Shown one piece after another: positions 22,040 to 41,385 of a DNA stretch of 64,000 nucleotides; positions within the stretch are counted from its first letter, which is position 1; each line of letters starts with the position of its first letter. The stretch is from the human T2T-CHM13v2.0 reference genome, Homo sapiens. The DNA lies in contig CP086569.2 of NCBI GenBank assembly GCA_009914755.4, positions 640,001-704,000 on the forward strand, read 5' to 3'. Under the pieces are notes generated by a model that saw only the letters and a list, made by a program, of their open reading frames with translations, did no database searches and had not been told where the DNA came from. Position numbers and translations under genes: made by a program.

Positions 22040-22562
22040 CCTCATTGAGCTGATCATGGGGAATAGAGAGTGTCAGGCCTCTGAGCCCGAGCTAAGCCAT
22101 CATATCCCCTGTGACCTGCACGCATACATCCGGATGGCCTGAAGCAACTGAACATCCACAAAAGAAGTGAAAATGGCCAGTTCCTGCCTTCACTGTTGAC
22201 ATTCCACCATTGTGATTTGTTTCTGCCCAACCGTAACTGACCAATGTTGTTTATAATCTCCCCTACCCTCAAGAGGGTTCTTTGTAATCTCCCTAACCCT
22301 TAAGAAGGTTCTTTGCGATTCTCCCCACCTTTCAGAATGTACTTTCTGAGATCCATCCCCTGTCCCCAAAGCATTGCTCCTATAACTCCACCGCCTGTCC
22401 CCAAACCTATAAGAACTAATGATAATCCCACCACCCTTTGCTGACTCTCTTTTTGGAAACAGCCCGCCTGCACCCAGGTGATTAAAAAGCTTTATTGCTC
22501 ACACAAAGCCTGTTTGGTGGTCTCTTCACACGGACGCGTGAGACAGAGATATTCCAGCAAAT
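22040..22562 (+). mobile_element. ERV9 LTR12-family LTR, 3' (U5-like) portion, probably a solo LTR
   Basis: ...gagctaagccatcatatcccctgtgacctgcacgcatacatccggatggcctgaagcaactgaa ... taagaactaatgataatcccaccaccctttgctgactctc ... gcccgcctgcacccaggtg ... ctttattgctcacacaaagcctgtttggtggtctcttcacacggacgcg. These terminal motifs are recalled from memory as LTR12-like. The stretch upstream at 21660-22040 (gatggttctggaggcc...caggactgagttccttctgcaggttcc) may be further LTR sequence. Confidence 0.5.
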
Positions 22563-22744
22563 ATCGGTCAGTGAGGGCTTGAGAAAGGGGGGAGGCCAAA
22601 GACTGGTCTACACCGGCTGACCCCGCCTGCCGGCTCACAGGGCATTTTCTCCTGCGGCCAGAGTTCCATCTCCCACCACAGCTCTGCAGACACAGCATCC
22701 AAAAATCAAGAATGCTGGATGCATGGAGAGAGTGGGCTTATCCT

Positions 22745-22895
22745 GAAGTCTGAGGAAAGAAGGAAGGAAGGAAATAAGGAAGGAAAGAAAGTAGGGAGGA
22801 AAGAAAGAAGGAGGGAAGGAATGGAGGAAGGAAGATTGGCTCAAGTTATCCTCCCACCTCATCCTCCCGGTAGCTGCACTGTAAGTCTGGATTGT
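22745..22895 (-). repeat. (GGAA)n purine repeat plus an antisense Alu 3' fragment, left arm of an inverted pair
   Basis: ggaaggaaggaaataagg ... ggctcaagttatcctcccacctcatcctcccggtagctg. Its reverse complement recurs at 23510-23690. Confidence 0.8.
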
Positions 22896-22903
22896 AAAAG
22901 TTA

Positions 22904-23347
<444 letters not shown>

Positions 23348-23401
23348 CTACAAAGTCTTCACAGAGGTGTGGGCTGCACTCTGAAAAAAAAAAAAAAAAA
23401 A

Positions 23402-23690
23402 ACTTTGGGAGGTGGAGGCAGGAGGATCACTTGAGCCCAGGAGTTCAATACCAGCCGGGACAACACAGTGAGACCCTGTCTCTACCAAAAACAATAAACA
23501 AATATTAACCAGAATAGTGGCACACACCTGTAGTCCAGCTACCTGGGAGGATGAGGTGGGAGGATAACTTGAGCCAATCTTCCTTCCTTCCTTGCTTCCT
23601 TCCTTCCCCTCTTTCTCTTTCCTTCCATACTTCCCTCTTTCCTTTCTTCTCTTCCCTTTTCCTTTCCTTCTTCCTTTCTTACAAATAAAT
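23402..23690 (+). mobile_element. Older Alu 3' fragment followed by a (TTCC)n-rich repeat, right arm of the inverted pair
   Basis: ctttgggaggtggaggcaggaggatcacttgagcccaggagttcaataccagcc ... cagctacctgggaggatgaggtgggaggataacttgagccaatcttccttccttcc. Confidence 0.8.
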
Positions 23691-23814
23691 AATGAGTATA
23701 ATAAAAAATAAATAAATAATAAATAAATAATGAAATTAAAAATAAAATAAATCAATTAGTAAAATAAAAACAGAAAAGGTTTTTACTTTATAATAATACT
23801 ATTAATATTAATAG

Positions 23815-24168
<354 letters not shown>

Positions 24169-24578
24169 TAGCTTTTGACAGCCTGGCATATCATGTCTTA
24201 TGTAAAACCTTCTAATTTATAGAGGGCCTCAGGTTTAATCTTACACATTCTCCCGCCGTATCCTAAATTATCAATCATTTTAATGACATGTAAAAAAAAA
24301 TAACAAGCAAATCTTAGAGGACATCCTTATCGCCTATTTTAATACAATTTCCTAAATCAAACATCATAGGGAAGCTCATATAAAAAACTTACGCCTAGCA
24401 AGAAATTAAAGAAATATGTACTTAGGGCAATCAACGTTACACGGATAGACTTACCAGATCTTTAATTTTATACAAACGAGCTTCTCTTCGTATTAAAAGA
24501 CGCATCTGGCTTTTTGAATGACAGACTCACCGGGTCCACATATGCAGAGACGTCTTTGGAATCATAAATACTAGCTAG

Positions 24579-24941
<363 letters not shown>

Positions 24942-25482
24942 ATATTCCTGCTGTTTTAAACCCATCTGTGCATTGGACTTTGCTACCGCAGCCCTACGAT
25001 GCTGATGAGGATGGTGATTTTTGTTTGCTAAATCATAGGTTTCTGCCTGTTTAGAAGGCAATTTAAGCGCGAATGAAATGAATCTGCTATCTGTGCAGGG
25101 CCCTCGCCAGCCATCTAACCAGCCATCTTCGACGTGGCCACTACCCCTTATTAGCAGCAGTTCCTGGCACCCACAGCCTCCCACACCCAGAAAGCAAACT
25201 TACAGTTTGACCACCAAAATTTAAAAGTATGTGGCTGTACGGATGACCCCGCTTGTTTGAACTCCCAAGGAACAGAGGAGCTCTTGTTTTACAAGTTTAT
25301 TGCACGATGATATACTTTAATTTTATACAAACGAGCTTCTCTTCGTATTAAAAGATGGTATACAGTGGAGAGAGTATGTTTGGATGTTGGAAAAAAATCT
25401 CGGAAAGAGAGAGTCTTTTGTAACTGGGTATACACAGGTGCCAGCCTCTTGCTGTCCATTTGGGAGAGTGCTTTTTTAGAAA

Positions 25483-25906
25483 TTTTTGAAACAGGGTCTG
25501 GCTAGGCTGCCCAGGCAACAGTGCAATGGTGCAATTATAACTCACTGCAGCCTCAATCTCCTGGGCTCAAGCAGTCCTCCTGCCTCAGCCTCCTGGGTAG
25601 CTGGGACTACAGGAGTGTGCCACCAAAGTCAGCTAATTTTTTATTTTTTACTTTTTGTAGAGGTGGGGTCTTGCTACATTGCCCAGTCTGGTCTCAAACT
25701 CACAGGCTCAAGCAGTCCTCCTGCCTCAGCCTCCTGGGTAGCTGGGACTACAGGCTTGTGCCACCACAGTCAGCTAATTTTTTATTTTTTACTTTTTGTA
25801 GAGGTGGGGTCTTGCTACATTGCCCAGTCTGGTCTCACACTCAGAGGATCTCCTGCTTCAGCCTCCCAAAGTGCTGGGATGACAGGCATGCACCACCACA
25901 TCCTGC
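25483..25906 (-). mobile_element. Older Alu, antisense, with internal 141-bp tandem duplication of the left-monomer region
   Basis: The segment ggctcaagcagtcctcctgcctcagcctcctgggtagctgggactacagg...agctaattttttattttttactttttgtagaggtggggtcttgctacattgcccagtctggtctca recurs at 25564 and 25705. Confidence 0.9.
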
Positions 25907-26370
25907 CAGTTTGAGCCAGTTCTATTCCCATGTCCCAGAGCTTCATTGGACCAATGACCGGGCATTTCATTCCCTCTTCCCCAAGAACTGAAGCGGATGA
26001 GCTTTCTCTTGGATGTTGTATGTTAGTGCTGGGATCTGTCAGTAGAGAAGGGTGCATGCCTGCCTTTTTGGAGCACACACATATAGACACACAGACACTC
26101 TCTCAGTGGCTCTTGACCTCTAACCATCAAGGCTGGGTGCGTGCATGGCCCCAGGATCCCAAGCATCCCTCAGGGGCTGACACTGATTGTTCGGTCTTCT
26201 GGTCAACCACTCAGTAAGTTCTTCCTCAGGCTCCTTGCTCACCTTGGCCACCATCCCCACTCTAAACGTTCCGGGGGCTCTCCTGTCCTGGCTGCAATGA
26301 TGCCCCAGGATTCTTGGGGACAGGGGATTCTATGGGGACTCACCGAAGAATGAGAAGGGTAGCAAGATAG

Positions 26371-27554
26371 TTAGATCATAGCTAAATAGATAATAGGTAG
26401 ATGATAAATAGATAGATGAAAGAGAGTAGATAGATGGTAGCTATAGGTGATAGATAGACAGATAATAGGTAGATGATAGGAAGGTAGTAGATAGATGTAG
26501 ATTAGATAGACAGATAGGCAGATGATGGAATGTGAGTAGATGAATAGATAGATGATAGATAGATACATACATACGTACATATATACATACATAAATACAT
26601 GATAGGATGTAATGGATAAAAGATAGAGGCACAGATGATAGAATGTGCGTGGATGAATAGATAAAAGATAGATAAAAGGATGTGAATGTATGAATAGACA
26701 GATAACAGATGGATGGATGGATAGATAATAGGATATGAGTGGATGAATAGATAGATAAACAGATGATAGGATGTTAGTGGATGAATAGATAGATGGATAG
26801 ATAGATGTGATGGTGGGTGGATAGGTGGATGAACAGATAGATAGATATATGGATAGGTGAATAGATAGATACTAGACAGATGTGATGGGTGGATGGATAG
26901 ATGGATGGATGAATAGATTGATAGATTGATCAATAGATAGAGAGATGATATATGGATTTCTTTTAATAGATATGACAGATAGTAGACAGATGATAGATGA
27001 ATAGATGGATAGTTATTAATAGATAGATAGACAGAAAGATGATAGAATGTGAGTGGATGAATTGATAGATGATAGATAGATAGATAATATATAGATAAGA
27101 TAGATACATAAATAGATACATAGATAATAGGATGTAATGGATAAAAGATAGATATACAGATGATAGAATGTGAGTGGATGAATAGATAAATGATAGATGA
27201 TAGAATGTTAGTGAATGAATAGACAAATGATAGATAATAGGATGTGAATGTATGAATACGTAGATAATAGATGGGTGGATGGCTACATAGGTAGATAGAT
27301 AGACACATAGATTGATAGATAGGTAGATAGATAGATAGATGATAGATAATAGGATATGAGTGGATGAATAGACAGATAGATGATAGATAGATAATAGGAT
27401 ATGAGTGGATGAATAGATAGATACATAGATGTGATGGTGGATGAACAGATAGATACATGGATAGATGAACAGATAGATACTAGATAGACATGATGGATGG
27501 ATGGATGGATGGATGGATGGATGGATGGATGGATAGATCGATCAATAGATAGAT

Positions 27555-27596
<42 letters not shown>

Positions 27597-27607
27597 CAGA
27601 TAGATAG
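26371..27607. repeat. Degenerate (GATA)n/(GATG)n/(GGAT)n compound repeat, ~1.24 kb
   Basis: gatagatagatgatag... with a pure (GGAT)11 at 27492-27536 and (GATA)11 at 27556-27600. The 318-aa antisense ORF is its translation (IYLSI...). Confidence 0.95.
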
Positions 27608-28214
27608 ACCTTCATGAAAAAATTCCCTACATTTAGTAGAATGCACTAGGACCTTACCCCTGGGGATGCTGAAACTTAAGTTGAGATTTGGGTCAACAAC
27701 ACAATGATTGTTTTCCAGGACGTGGCATCTGCTGATTCTGGGGACCAGCCTGAGGGAAGGCACGAATTTTGTCCTCCTTCTTCCAGAAGGAGGCCTCTTT
27801 GCAAATGGTTCTTGGGGAGAAAGTTTGCCTCTGGCTCTTTGGTATATTTCTGCATCTCAAGGGACATTTCTATCTCAACCTAATACTGAATTCCTCTTGG
27901 ATGAGTCTCAAAATCATGGTGTTTCTCTTCAGTTTCATGACTGGAGGGGGTGAGAGTCGGTGGGGTGGACACACCCATCCTCAGGACAGAGTCAGCAAGG
28001 AAATAAATATACTCCTGGTTCTCTAGTGGAGAGTTTAGCAATTTAACCTGAGAGGTTTGAGACTACCTACTCTATTTTCACGAGCAGTCTTGGATTTGGG
28101 GCCTCACTAAAGAAACTCATAAAATGCAAAGCACAGATGTAGAAAATGACCAAGAAAGAAAACAACTCGAAAATCAGTTTTAGGATGAGCCCAGGTTAAA
28201 AACGCAGCATACAA

Positions 28215-28541
<327 letters not shown>

Positions 28542-29194
28542 TCATTCGAACCCATTCTTAGTCATCTTTGTGAGATTAAAAAACCACAAATTCTGATTCA
28601 CTGGGATAGGGTTGAGACAGAAATCCATGCGAGTTTGAAAAGCATGTAAATTAGCTCAGACATTTTCAAGCACACACGGGGATTAAAACTCAGCCAACAG
28701 CTCTTCACTGTTGGGCCGCTCTATTACCAGGACTTTGATAAAAAGATGAAAGTGCACTGAAATGGTGGTCTTCAGTAGGTGAACTCTTCTGCTCAGAGGT
28801 TTTCCTATAGCTGAGATATTCTCCTGTGTCTTGTCCCTGCCTTTACTTTCACATATTAGTAGAGAATGAAAAGTTGAAGAATTTGACTTCACTTTGGGTG
28901 TTCGTTGGTGCAATGGATATGGTTGTCTGTTGAAGGGAGTGAACCTCTGAAAACGAAGCCATGGGCTGGCTCTCAGAGCTAAGATAAAATATAAGATGTC
29001 ATGAAGACCAAAGAGAGGAGAACCAGTGAAACTGGAATACAGAGTCCCAGACAATACCCTGGCTGGGTGGAGAAGATGCATGGATTTCATTGATAAGAGA
29101 CTGCAGGATTGTAAGACAGATGTACAAAATGGCTCAGAGAGAAAACTTGGGGTCTTTCTCTAGCCTGCTCCCAACATCTGATTTCTTTTTTCTT

Positions 29195-29465
29195 TCTTTC
29201 TTTTTTTTTTTTTTTGAGATGGAGTCTTGCTCTTTCACCCAAGCTGGAGTGCAATGGTGTGATCTCAGCTCACTGCAACCTCTGCCTCCGGGTTCATGCA
29301 ATTTTCCTGCTTCAGCTTCTTGAGTAGTGGGGATTACAGGCGCCTGCCACCATGCCTGGCTAATTTTTGTATTTTTATTAGAGATGGGGTTTTGCCATGT
29401 TGACCAGGCTGGTCTCGAACTCCTGACCTCAGGTGATTCACCTGCCTCGACCTCCCGAAGTGCTT
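29195..29465 (-). mobile_element. Alu, antisense, 5'-truncated
   Basis: T-run gagatggagtcttgctctttcacccaagctggagtgcaatggtg ... cctcccgaagtgct. Confidence 0.9.
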
Positions 29466-29639
29466 TTTAAAAAATTTTCTTAGTATTTTTTTTTTCAAGG
29501 AGTCTTCAACAGCAGGAACCACATCTGAATTCTAAACCTCTCTTTTCCAGCTGATGACAACGTTGCCTTCTCTGAGTGTTTGACCCATCAAAGCCAAACT
29601 CTTTCTTCCACCATCTCCTGAAGGCACCATCTTGGTTGG

Positions 29640-30910
29640 CCACTGAAGTAGGCTGAATGTTGATGACCTGGAGAAATAGATCCTTGTCCTAATCCCTAAG
29701 AAGCAGAGAATGTTCACTTACGTGGTAAAAAGCGTCTTTGCAGACATGATGAATGAAGAATCTTGAGATGAAGAATTATCCTGGATTATCTGGGTGGACT
29801 CTACATCCAATGGCAGGTGTCCTTCTGGGAGACAGAAGAAGAGACACAGACACAGAGGAGAAGGCCACGTGGAGACGGAGGCAGAGACTGGAGTGATGCG
29901 GCCACAAGCCCAGGGACGCCTGGAGCCCCCAGGAGCTGGGAAAGGCAGAAAGGATCCTCCACTAGAGCCTCCAGAAGGAACTAGACAGAGTTGTAATGGA
30001 TTGAACAGTGGCCATGAGATAGACACGTTCATGTCCTAACCCCCAGAACCTGGAATGAGATCGCATTTGGAAATAGGGTCTTTGCACATATAATTAGTTA
30101 AGGATCTTGAGAGGAAATCGTCTTGGATTAGGGTGGGCTCTAATTCCAATAACAAGCATCCCTGTAGGAGACAGAGGAGGAGACACAGACACAGAGGAGA
30201 AGGCCACAAGGAGACGGAGGCAGAGACTGGAGTGATGCGTCCACAAGCCGAGGGATGCCTGGAGCCCCCAGGAGCTGGGAGAGGCAGGAAGGACCCTCCC
30301 CTGGGGCCTCCAGAAGGAACTGGATACAATTGTAATGGATTGAACAGTGGCTGTCGGAAAGACGTATTCATGTCCTAACTCCCAGGACCTGGAATGAGAT
30401 CGCATTTGGAAATAGGGTCTTTGCACATATAATTAGTTAAGGATCTTGAGAGGAAATCGTCTTGGATTAGGGTGGGCTCTAATTCCAATAACAAGCATCC
30501 CTGTAGGAGACAGAGGAGGAGACACAGACACAGAGGAGAAGGCCACAAGGAGACGGAGGCAGAGACTGGAGTGATGCGGCCACAAGCCGAGGGATGCCTG
30601 GAGCCCCCAGGAGCTGGGAGAGGCAGGAAGGACCCTCCCCTGGGGCCTCCAGAAGGAACTGGATACAATTGTAATGGATTGAACAGTGGCTGTCGGAAAG
30701 ACGTATTCATGTCCTAACTCCCAGGACCTGGAATGAGATCGCATTTGGAAATAGGGTCTTTGCACATATAATTAGTTAAGGATCTTGAGAGGAAATCGTC
30801 TTGGATTAGGGTGGGCTCTAATTCCAATAACAAGCATCCCTGTAGGAGACAGAGGAGGAGACACAGACACAGAGGAGGAGGCCACATAGAAATGACGGCA
30901 GAGTCCATCT
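29640..30910 (+). repeat. Satellite-like tandem array (339-bp period, ~3.7 copies) made of the 5' ~340 bp of an MLT1-family LTR
   Basis: Unit starts (tgtaatggattgaacagtggc) lie at 29992, 30331 and 30670. Units 2 and 3 are almost identical, since the ORFs 30036..30371 and 30375..30710 differ by one residue, and the first unit is more diverged. Content matches the MaLR LTR 5' region (gtcctaactcccag...catttggaaatagggtctttgcacatataattagttaagg...gggtgggctctaattccaataacaag...agacacagacacagaggagaaggccac...). Confidence 0.85.
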
Positions 30911-31379
30911 AATTCAGGACACTCTCAACTTGAAATCCTGAATTTAACGTGTCTGTAAACACCTTATTTTTAATTAAGGTTACAAATAGTGTCCTGGCAA
31001 CGGTGTGTTTTAGGGGACACTTTAAGCTAATACAGAGAGTGACAGCTGATTCTTGTAATTATCACAGAAAGGGAATTTTCATTTGCTGGAAGAGAGAAGA
31101 AAGCAGAAATTAAACAGGCAGTTTCTTCCACGTTGCTTTGGGCTCTGTTTGATTGCATTTACTCCAACCTCTGATGCCCTGAAGTGAAGGGTTTGGACTA
31201 CAAACCTCAAATGGGCTTCCAGCTCCAGGAATTTATGAACTTGCATTTTTTTTTTTTTGTTTTTGGTCTTTTGACAGAGGCCCTGAAGCGGCTACAGTAG
31301 AAGAAAAACAAATCTTCTACGAACAGAGAATTACTCTGGAAGGTCAAAAGCTAAGCTTAAAAGGATCTATTAAAACTCA

Positions 31380-32596
<1,217 letters not shown>

Positions 32597-32919
32597 AGAA
32601 TCTCCAGTCCTTGGGCTCAGGGCTATTTGTACACACAACTACAGGGAGACTTTGGGTTTCCCGGTTCGGTTTTCCTTTAATCCGAAAGCTCTTCTGGAAA
32701 GAAAGTGATATTTCACCTGTTAAAGCTGCTGAATTATTCTCAAGCGGGTTCCGCGTATCTTGCACCTGTATTGGCCGATGAGCGTGAGAGACGCTCCCAT
32801 CTCGTTACTGGGAGAGGTGGGACTGGGGGGCTTCATCGCCAGAGGGATGAGGGGCTCGAGGTACTTACCTTTGTGGTGGGGACATTAACTACAGCATAGC
32901 CTGAATCTTGTGATGTTGA

Positions 32920-33607
<688 letters not shown>

Positions 33608-33741
33608 TAAATCAACGCCTAGAAAGTTTAGCATGTCCAGAATCTTTCGGAACAGGTGCTACCAGCCACCCACCTGGGCTGGTTCTTTTATTTCATTTCA
33701 TTTATTTATTTCATATTTTATTTTATTAACATTTTATTTAA

Positions 33742-35400
<1,659 letters not shown>

Positions 35401-36547
35401 TAATTTTTTTTTTCTTTCAGGTAGAGACGGGGTCTCACTGTGTTGCCCAGGCTTCGGTTTGTCCTTTTAAATAGCCGATCGGGATATTTAGCGTTACGGT
35501 TATGCCTGGTTCCATAGCAGGGGTATTGAATGGTATGGAATCAAAATCGGGATATGACATTGTTACTGTAAGATGCTGTGAAACCTGCTCTCCACACTCC
35601 CTTGTAAACGGAGACAGGGGGGTTTGCCCCTTGTCCATCTGCGTCTACACATCATCCTGGTAGGGACTGTACCTTTTGCCCGTCTTTCACGGCAAAAGAA
35701 TCCTCCTGGTCCCCGGGTGGATATATAGGCTCCTGTTTCCAACGCTGGAGGCTGCAGCTCACCCCGCTGCACCCCCCTTACCCACCGCTTCTGATCTGAA
35801 CTCCGGGCTGATGTGGATTCAGCCAAACTGCCTGCTGTACCCCATTCCCATTCAATCCATTACGCGGCTCCCTCCACCGACTCCTCATCTCCCTGACTTC
35901 TAATTTGACAATGACAAAGAGCTCCGCGGTGATTTTAAATTTCATAATTTTAATCTGTCAAGCCTGACATTTAATTACTGCCCTCCTCACCTTGCAGCCA
36001 CGTACGAGGGGGCTGCTGTGCGTCTTCCTTTAGAATGTATTTTTTCCCCCTTCCGTGGAGGAGTAGACTAATAAATAAGTATATGCATAACTGCCAGGTA
36101 CAAGACAATGTGCCAGGGATGGTCTATTAGCCCCAAATCTAGACAGATGAGGTTAATCATATTTCCAAGTGCCACTTTATCGTATTAGGAGTGATTAAAG
36201 CACAGCCTCGGCCCCCGGATGAGACGTCCGTTGGAAACATGAAACAGGAGACCTGGTCTGTGCAGTTTCATGTGAGCCGTTAGAGAGGCACACAGGGAGG
36301 TTGTGGGAGCCTTATGGGAACCCCGATTTGCTGCGCTGCTGGTTGTGGGGTTTGCAAACAAAGCAAGGCAAGCAGGGATTGCTAAGAGATGGCTCTGGGC
36401 AGCTGGGGTACGAAGGTTGTTTGGGACACCTGGGGCCGTTCCTTGGGTGTCTGTGGGAGGAAAAGTCTCTCTCCACACGCTGCTGTAATAGCAGGTGTAA
36501 CAGACTCATCATAACTGGGTTACCTGTGTTGAGACCGTCCACCTTGA

Positions 36548-36884
<337 letters not shown>

Positions 36885-37913
36885 TAAAAATATTTGAAGG
36901 CATGCATCATCACATTCTGAGATCTCATGGATGAAGCTGGAAACCATCATTCTCAGCAAACCATCGCAAGGACAGAAAATCAAGTCTACCATGAGAAAGA
37001 CCCATTCTAATATGCCAAAGCAAAGCATGATGCACCTGGGGAGCCCAATTTCAGGTCAATATGGAAGAAGAGATGTCTCAATGCCAGAGTTGTGTGAGGG
37101 TGAAATGGCTTTTAATGACCAGGGTGAAATGTATTTTAGTAGAGACAGGGTTTAATGAGAAGGCGAGTTTCCTTCCGTTGGACATACCCCAGAGACCCCT
37201 GTGTCCCACCCAGAGAAAACCAAAGGCAGGTTCCAAGCAAGGGTCAGACGTTGGACTTCACAGCCCTGCACGTCCCTGCTAAGTCTTGGAGTCCATAAGA
37301 CGTCAGGGGGCTGCCGCCTGTGTCAGCTTCCTCTCTGCAAGTCCAGGGATGGCAAATGGATCACTTCAACATTGAAAATGCATTTTTGTATCAGTGTGGG
37401 CTGCAGAATGTCTCCAATGCAAAGAAAAACCTCATCATCCCAGGCAGAGACTTGGCAAATACCTCCTATCTGGAATGTTTGTACAACATGGTCTTAGCCT
37501 CCATTCCCATGTTATACATAATTCGTCCCCAGTGGACATAAAACAGTTCGTAACAATGCAAAAAATGCTTATCCTCGTAGTCCAATTGCAGTAAAAACAA
37601 AAAACAAAAAAGATCCTGAAAGATTGAATTTTCTTTTCTTATGATACATTCAGAATTGCGGTCCAGAATAATCAAGCCATATTATTTTCCATAAATGTCT
37701 GCATTTTTTTCTGGGAAACCCCAAGGGCCCTCTATGCAGAATGAAAAGCTTGGTCTAGCTTGAGATTTGGCAAGAAGCTGTTTAACACGGAGAAGGGCCA
37801 GGCAACAGCGGTTCCTCAGGTCATTTCCCACCATAAATAGCTCAGTGCAATTTAGAGAATGAGAGGGAAGTATTTTGTAATTTCACTAAAAGATTAAGAA
37901 AATATAATAGTAA

Positions 37914-38330
<417 letters not shown>

Positions 38331-38394
38331 TAAATCATTTTATCCTGAGCTTCTAACACACTGGTCATTGGGAGCACATGGTAATCACAAGGAA

Positions 38395-38705
38395 GAATTT
38401 TTAAAGTTTTTTTTAAAAAATGTATCAATGATAATGGGTACATAATAGTTGTATATATTTATGCCGTGCATGTGCTGTTTTGATACAAGCATACAATGTA
38501 TCGTGATCAAACCAGGGTGACTGGGGTATTTACCACCTCAAGCATTTATCATTTCATTTTATTTATCATTTATCATTTTATTTCATGATGTCAAATCCAC
38601 TGTTTTAGTTATTTTAAAATATACAATAAGTTATTGTTAAGTATAGTCACCTTACAGTGCTACCAAATAAGAGATCCTTTTCATTCTACCTCACTCCATT
38701 TTTAA
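38395..38705 (+). mobile_element. Probable older L1 3'UTR fragment
   Basis: ataatgggtacataatagttgtatatatttatg ... catcacctcaagcatttatcatt ... aaatatacaataagttattgttaagtatagtcacc resembles L1PB/L1MA 3'UTR sequence. The assignment is from memory. Confidence 0.4.
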
Positions 38706-38711
38706 CTTTTT

Positions 38712-39105
38712 TCAATTATACTTTAAGTTCTAGGATACATGTGCAGAACGTGCAGGTTTGTTGCATAGGTATTCACGTGCCATGGTGGTTTGCTGCACCC
38801 ATCAACCCCTCATCTACATTAGGTATTTCTCTTAATGCAATCCCACCCCTTGGCCCCCCAGACCCTGACAGGCCCCAGTGTGTGACATTCCCCTCCCTGT
38901 GTCCATGTGATCTCATTGTTCAACTCCCACTTATGAGAGAGAACATGCAGTGTTTGGTTTTCTGTTCCTGTGTGAGTTTGCTGAGAATGATGGTTTCCAG
39001 CTTCATCCATGTCCCTGCAAAGGACATGAACTCATCCTTTTTCATGGCTGCATAGTATTCCATGGTGTATATATGCCACATTTTCTTTCTCCAGTCCATC
39101 ATAGC
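38712..39105 (-). mobile_element. L1 3'-end fragment, antisense, tail-to-tail with the preceding fragment
   Basis: tactttaagttctaggatacatgtgcagaacgtgcaggtttgttgcataggtattcacgtgccatggtggtttgctgcaccc ... tgagaatgatggtttccagcttcatccatgtccctgcaaaggacatgaactcatcc is the reverse complement of the L1 3' end. Confidence 0.85.
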
Positions 39106-39359
39106 AGTGTATATAGTTATGGGGTATAAGGATATTTTTGTACCCATTACCATCTCTACCATTTCCTTCCTTCCTGCTACTTTTCTCAGCCTTCGGTCAC
39201 CATCATCCTCCTCTCCATGTCCTTGAGTTTAGTGTTTTTTGTGTAATTTTTAGCTCCCACACATGTGTGAGAACATGTGAAATGTGTCTCTCTGTGCCAG
39301 CTTGTTTCACTGAACATAGTGACCTCCTCTTCCATCCATGTTTTTGCAAATGACAGGAT

Positions 39360-39361
<2 letters not shown>

Positions 39362-39397
<36 letters not shown>

Positions 39398-39692
39398 AGA
39401 CAGAGTTTTGCTGTTGTTGCCCAGGCTGGAATGCAATGGCTCAATCTGAACACACTGCAACTTCCACCTCCCGGGTTCAAGCAATTCTCCTGCTTGAGCC
39501 TCCTGAGTAACTGGGATTACTGGCACCCACCACCATGCCTGACTAATTTTGTCTTTTTTTTTTTTTTTTTTAGTAGAGACAGGGTTTCTCCATGTTGGCC
39601 AGGCTGGTCTCGAACTCCCAATCTCAGGTGATCCACCTGCCTCAACTTCCCAAAGTGCTGGGATTACAGGTGTGAGCCACCACACCCGGCCA
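39362..39692 (-). mobile_element. Alu, antisense, with its middle A-linker expanded to a T17 run
   Basis: T38 gagacagagttttgctgttgttgcccaggctggaatgcaatggc ... (T17) ... ggtgtgagccaccacacccggcc. Confidence 0.9.
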
Positions 39693-40159
39693 GGACCTCA
39701 TTGTTTTTTGTTTTTTTTTCCAGCTGAATACTATTTCCTTGTGATTGACAAATAATAATTATATACATTTCTAGAGCACCATGCAATGTTTTGATACGTG
39801 CATAGGATGTGGAATGGTTAGATCAAGCTCATTAACAAATGCATCACCTCACATACGTCTCATCTTTAGGAGGTAAGAGCATTTAAAATCGACTCTTTCA
39901 GCAATTTTGAAACATACAATACGTTATTATTAACTATGAGAATGAGAAAGAAGAGGACAAGGAGCTCTCAGAGAAGCAGCAAACATAGGTCCAAGGTCCT
40001 CACAACATTGACTTAAGCACCAACTGACTGCCTCTTAATTAGGTGCTTCCAAGTAAATATAACTATCATCTATCAGATATAATACCAGAGACACCATACA
40101 ATATATACGGTAAGGCCTCACCCAACATCATTAATAGGTTATCAGAAATTACAACTTTC

Positions 40160-40782
<623 letters not shown>

Positions 40783-40979
40783 CTATTTTACCATAGGCCA
40801 ATTGATATAAACAAGAGTTAAATTCCTAGAGCATACAATAGGTCCTTTTGCTTAAAGTTGCTGCTTTCAAGAACCTATTTGTGATATCAAGTGAGAAGTT
40901 ACTGTATATGGAAATTATATATTTATTACACCTTTTGTATACATATTGTATATTGCGTATATCTATATGTCTTTACATA

Positions 40980-41385
40980 AATATGTTCATGTATCTATGT
41001 CCATTATATGTATTTTATACATATGTATATATGTATAAAATCTATTTATATATACATATGTATCTGTATACATATGTATATATTTATATGTATCTATTTA
41101 TATATACATATGCATACATACGTATCTATTTATATATACATATGCATACATACGTATCTATTTATATATACATATGCATACATACGTATCTATTTATATA
41201 TACATATGCATACATACGTATCTATTTATATATACATATGCATACATACGTATCTATTTATATATACATATGCATACATACGTATCTATTTATATATACA
41301 TATGCATACATACGTATCTATTTATATATACATATGCATACATACGTATCTATTTATATATACATATGTCTCCACTAGCTTGGTG
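40980..41385. repeat. 32-bp AT-rich tandem repeat (tctatttatatatacatatgcatacatacgta), ~9 clean copies plus degenerate lead-in
   Basis: Read directly. The ORF track shows a repeated peptide IYTYAYIRIYLYIHMHTYVS. Confidence 0.9.

Noticed and set aside
22040-22562. Considered SVA (SINE-R) 3' end instead of an ERV9 LTR
   Set aside because: No upstream VNTR or Alu-like SVA modules are present, and there is no poly-A with TSD. The terminal motifs (ctcacacaaagcctgtttggtggtctcttcacacggacgcg) fit LTR12 U5 better. The subfamily assignment remains uncertain and rests on memory.
26502-27458. 318-aa ORF on the minus strand
   Set aside because: It lies entirely within the (GATA)n/(GATG)n repeat. The protein is IYLSIHPS... 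periodic sequence with no coding signature.
29640-30910. Regular repeat array considered as CRISPR or as coding repeats (identical 111-aa ORFs at 30036..30371 and 30375..30710)
   Set aside because: The window is eukaryotic with no spacers. The units are contiguous 339-bp copies of an MLT1 LTR fragment, and the ORFs are identical only because the DNA units are.
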